NCBI GenBank assembly: GCA_963815195.1
Contig: CAWFGE010000004.1
Span: 1-64,000 of the forward strand
DNA length: 64,000 nt
Reading direction: 5' to 3'
Source: an uncultured Planctomycetaceae bacterium
Lineage (GTDB): Bacteria > Planctomycetota > Planctomycetia > Planctomycetales > Planctomycetaceae
Shown here: one piece after another, positions 61,907 through 64,000 of the stretch
Position numbering within the stretch: position 1 is the stretch's first letter
Layout of the letters: each line of letters starts with the position of its first letter
Position numbers and translations under genes: made by a program
The notes under the pieces: model-generated
Database searches by the model: none
What the model saw: the letters and a program-made list of their open reading frames with translations, nothing else
Told to the model about the DNA's origin: nothing

Positions 61907-64000
61907 TTACTTCTTCGCGGTCGAGGCTTGGACCTGGGCCGGGTCCGCGGGGGGGGCGGGCGGTTCAAAGTTGTAGAGGCTTTGCCCGTTCTCGCCGTTC
62001 CAGATGCGGACCACGCCGTCTTCGCCGCCGGCGATCACGAGTTTTTCATCGGGGGTCGCGGCCACGGAATACACGTAATCCGTGTTGCCGGCGAAGTTGC
62101 GGTAGTTCTGGCGGTTCGACGTGCGATGATACCGCACCGTCTGGTCGCCGCCAGAGCTGACGATGTTCTCGCTGGTGCCCAGGAACTGGATCGAGGTCAC
62201 CTGCTTGGAATAGTTGGTGATCGTCGTTTTCTGCTCGCCGGTGTCGGCGTTCCAGACCTTGATGGCATTATCGGCCCCCGCACTGACCAGCGTCGATTGG
62301 TCGGCTTGCCAGGAAACGTCCATCACGTGATGGGTGTGGCCTTCAAACGAGCGAATGTGCTTGCCGCTGGCGACATCGAAGGTCTTCACGAACTTGTCCG
62401 CCGCCCCGGAGACCAGAAACTTGCCGTCGCGGGAGAACTCCACGCCCAACACCGTGTCGCTGTGGGCGTCTTCGATGTTCTTGAGTAACTTCCGGCCGGC
62501 CACGTCCCAGATCATGAGTTCGCCGGACCGCGAAGGCTCTCCGCCGCCGGTGGCAAGGAGCTTTCCGTCCCGGCTGAAATCGAGGGCCAACACGCGGTTG
62601 ACGAAAGGCGACGCCGACAGATCGAGCGGATTCTCCGCCGAAGGCCCCAACGTGGCGACCAGCTTCCAGGGGGCATTCGTCCGCCAGGCGATCAGCTTGG
62701 TGTCGGCGGAGGCGGAAAGGAGGACATCATCCGCTCCGAAGGCCAACTGCTGCACCTGGGCGGCGCTGCCTTTCAGAACGTCCAAAGGCTTCCCAGTCAC
62801 GGCCGACCACAACTGCACGATCTGGTCGTCGCCCGCGGTCGCGAACACCCGGCTGTCCGCCGAAAACGCCACGCTTTGGAGAGGCTTCGCCGAGGCGTTG
62901 TTCTCGTCGGTGGCTTTCTTGACCTCGGCCACCACGCCTTCCTGGTGCTTCTTCGCGGCTTCGTGCTCTTTCTTGGCTTCGTCCAGCTTGGTCTTGGCCC
63001 GTTCGACCGACTTCTTCGCGAGTTCCAAAGACCGGTCGGCGGCTTCCTGGGCGTCCGTCGCTTTTTTCAGTTCCGCTTCCTGCTTGGTGAGTTCCTTCTG
63101 GGCGTCCTCGACCTTTTTCTGGAGGCCTTTGTCGTCGGTCTTCTTCGCCAACTCGTCCTGGGCGGCTTTCAACTTGGCTTTGGCGTCGTCGACTTTTTTC
63201 TGCGGGTCCTTCACCGCTTCGTCGGCTTTCTTCTTGGCTTCCTCGGCCGTTTTGACGGCGGCTTCGCGGTCTTTCTGGTTCTTGTCCGCGGCCTTTTCCG
63301 CATCGTCCGCGAGCTTGACCAACTGGTCGGCCACGGTTTTGTCCTCATTGACGGCGTCCAGCTTCCGTTGCAGCTCGATGCCGCCTTTGACCTCGGCGAT
63401 CTGCTGTCCGTTCGCTGCGTTCCAGAGCTTGGCGGTGTTCGCGGTGCTGGTGCTGGCGAAGGCTTTGCCGTCGGGACTGGCCGCGACATCGGTCACGCTG
63501 CCGCCGTGGGTCATGCTGCGGACTTGCCCGCCGCTGTTAATGTCCCACACGCGCCACGGTGCCGTCTTCGCTGCCGCTGAGGACCTGGTTGCCGTTCGGA
63601 AGAATCAAATCGACCGAAGTCACCGGCTTGCCGTGGCCGTTCAGTTCGCGGACGGGCTGGATCGGTTCGGGCTTGCCGTCTTTGTCTTTTTTCTCTTCCG
63701 GCGTGCTGTTCCAGACGCGGAGCTTGTTGTCCTCATCGGCCGAGACCAACAGCGTGCCGTCTTTGTTGATCGCCAAATCCCGCATCGCCGCGGGGGATTC
63801 CACTTGCCAAAGCTGTTTGCCGTCGGCGAGGTTCCAGCCGCGGAGCGTTTTGTCGGCCGAGGCGGAATAGAGTTTCGTCCCGTCCGGCGCGAAGGCCAGG
63901 CCTTTCACGGGGCCGCTGTGGCCGGCGAGGGTTTTCGTCACTTTGCCGTCGGCGGCCTGGGCGATTTGGATGCTGTTGTCGGCGCGGGCGATGGCGATTT
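61907..64000 (-). CDS. Large WD40 repeat protein with an internal coiled coil, 3' part; apparent frameshift near 63555
   Basis: Many GH..WD/WN repeats and a Lys/Ala/Glu coiled coil. SEDGTV/RVWDINSG joins two frames. The gene starts beyond the window end. Confidence 0.88.

Noticed and set aside
1..64000. Mass pseudogenisation or programmed frameshifting
   Set aside because: Lesions are isolated one-base indels with no in-frame stops or decay. They hit conserved genes (mnmE, apgM) and lack slippery heptamers, so sequencing error is simpler.

Overview
A GC-rich, gene-dense 64 kb chromosomal segment from a planctomycete, probably Planctomycetaceae. The taxonomic call rests on DUF1559 prepilin-like genes, DUF1549/DUF1553 and DUF1501 genes, a DUF1571-like gene and WD40 proteins. 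The window carries housekeeping genes (yidC, mnmE, metF, bioA, apgM, nrnA, pepN), a Rieske + cytochrome b/di-haem c pair, and an accessory fabZ-fabG-long ACP-fabZ-fabF type II FAS-like cluster. It also encodes an NDH-2 fused to a cyclic-nucleotide-binding domain, a secreted protein that is about 30% Cys, a small H1-like basic protein and a stand-alone NDT-like protein. Two tandem DUF1559 paralogues share a conserved, structured upstream region of about 330-350 bp. Intergenic spaces contain many REP/MITE-like palindromes, three with tandemly amplified arms. I saw no rRNA, tRNA, CRISPR array, transposase or prophage. About 13-14 single-base frameshifts, some in conserved genes such as mnmE and apgM, point to long-read consensus errors rather than pseudogenes. 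Many of them lie at GCGC or GCWGC sites. All calls come from motif recognition by eye; no database search was run.
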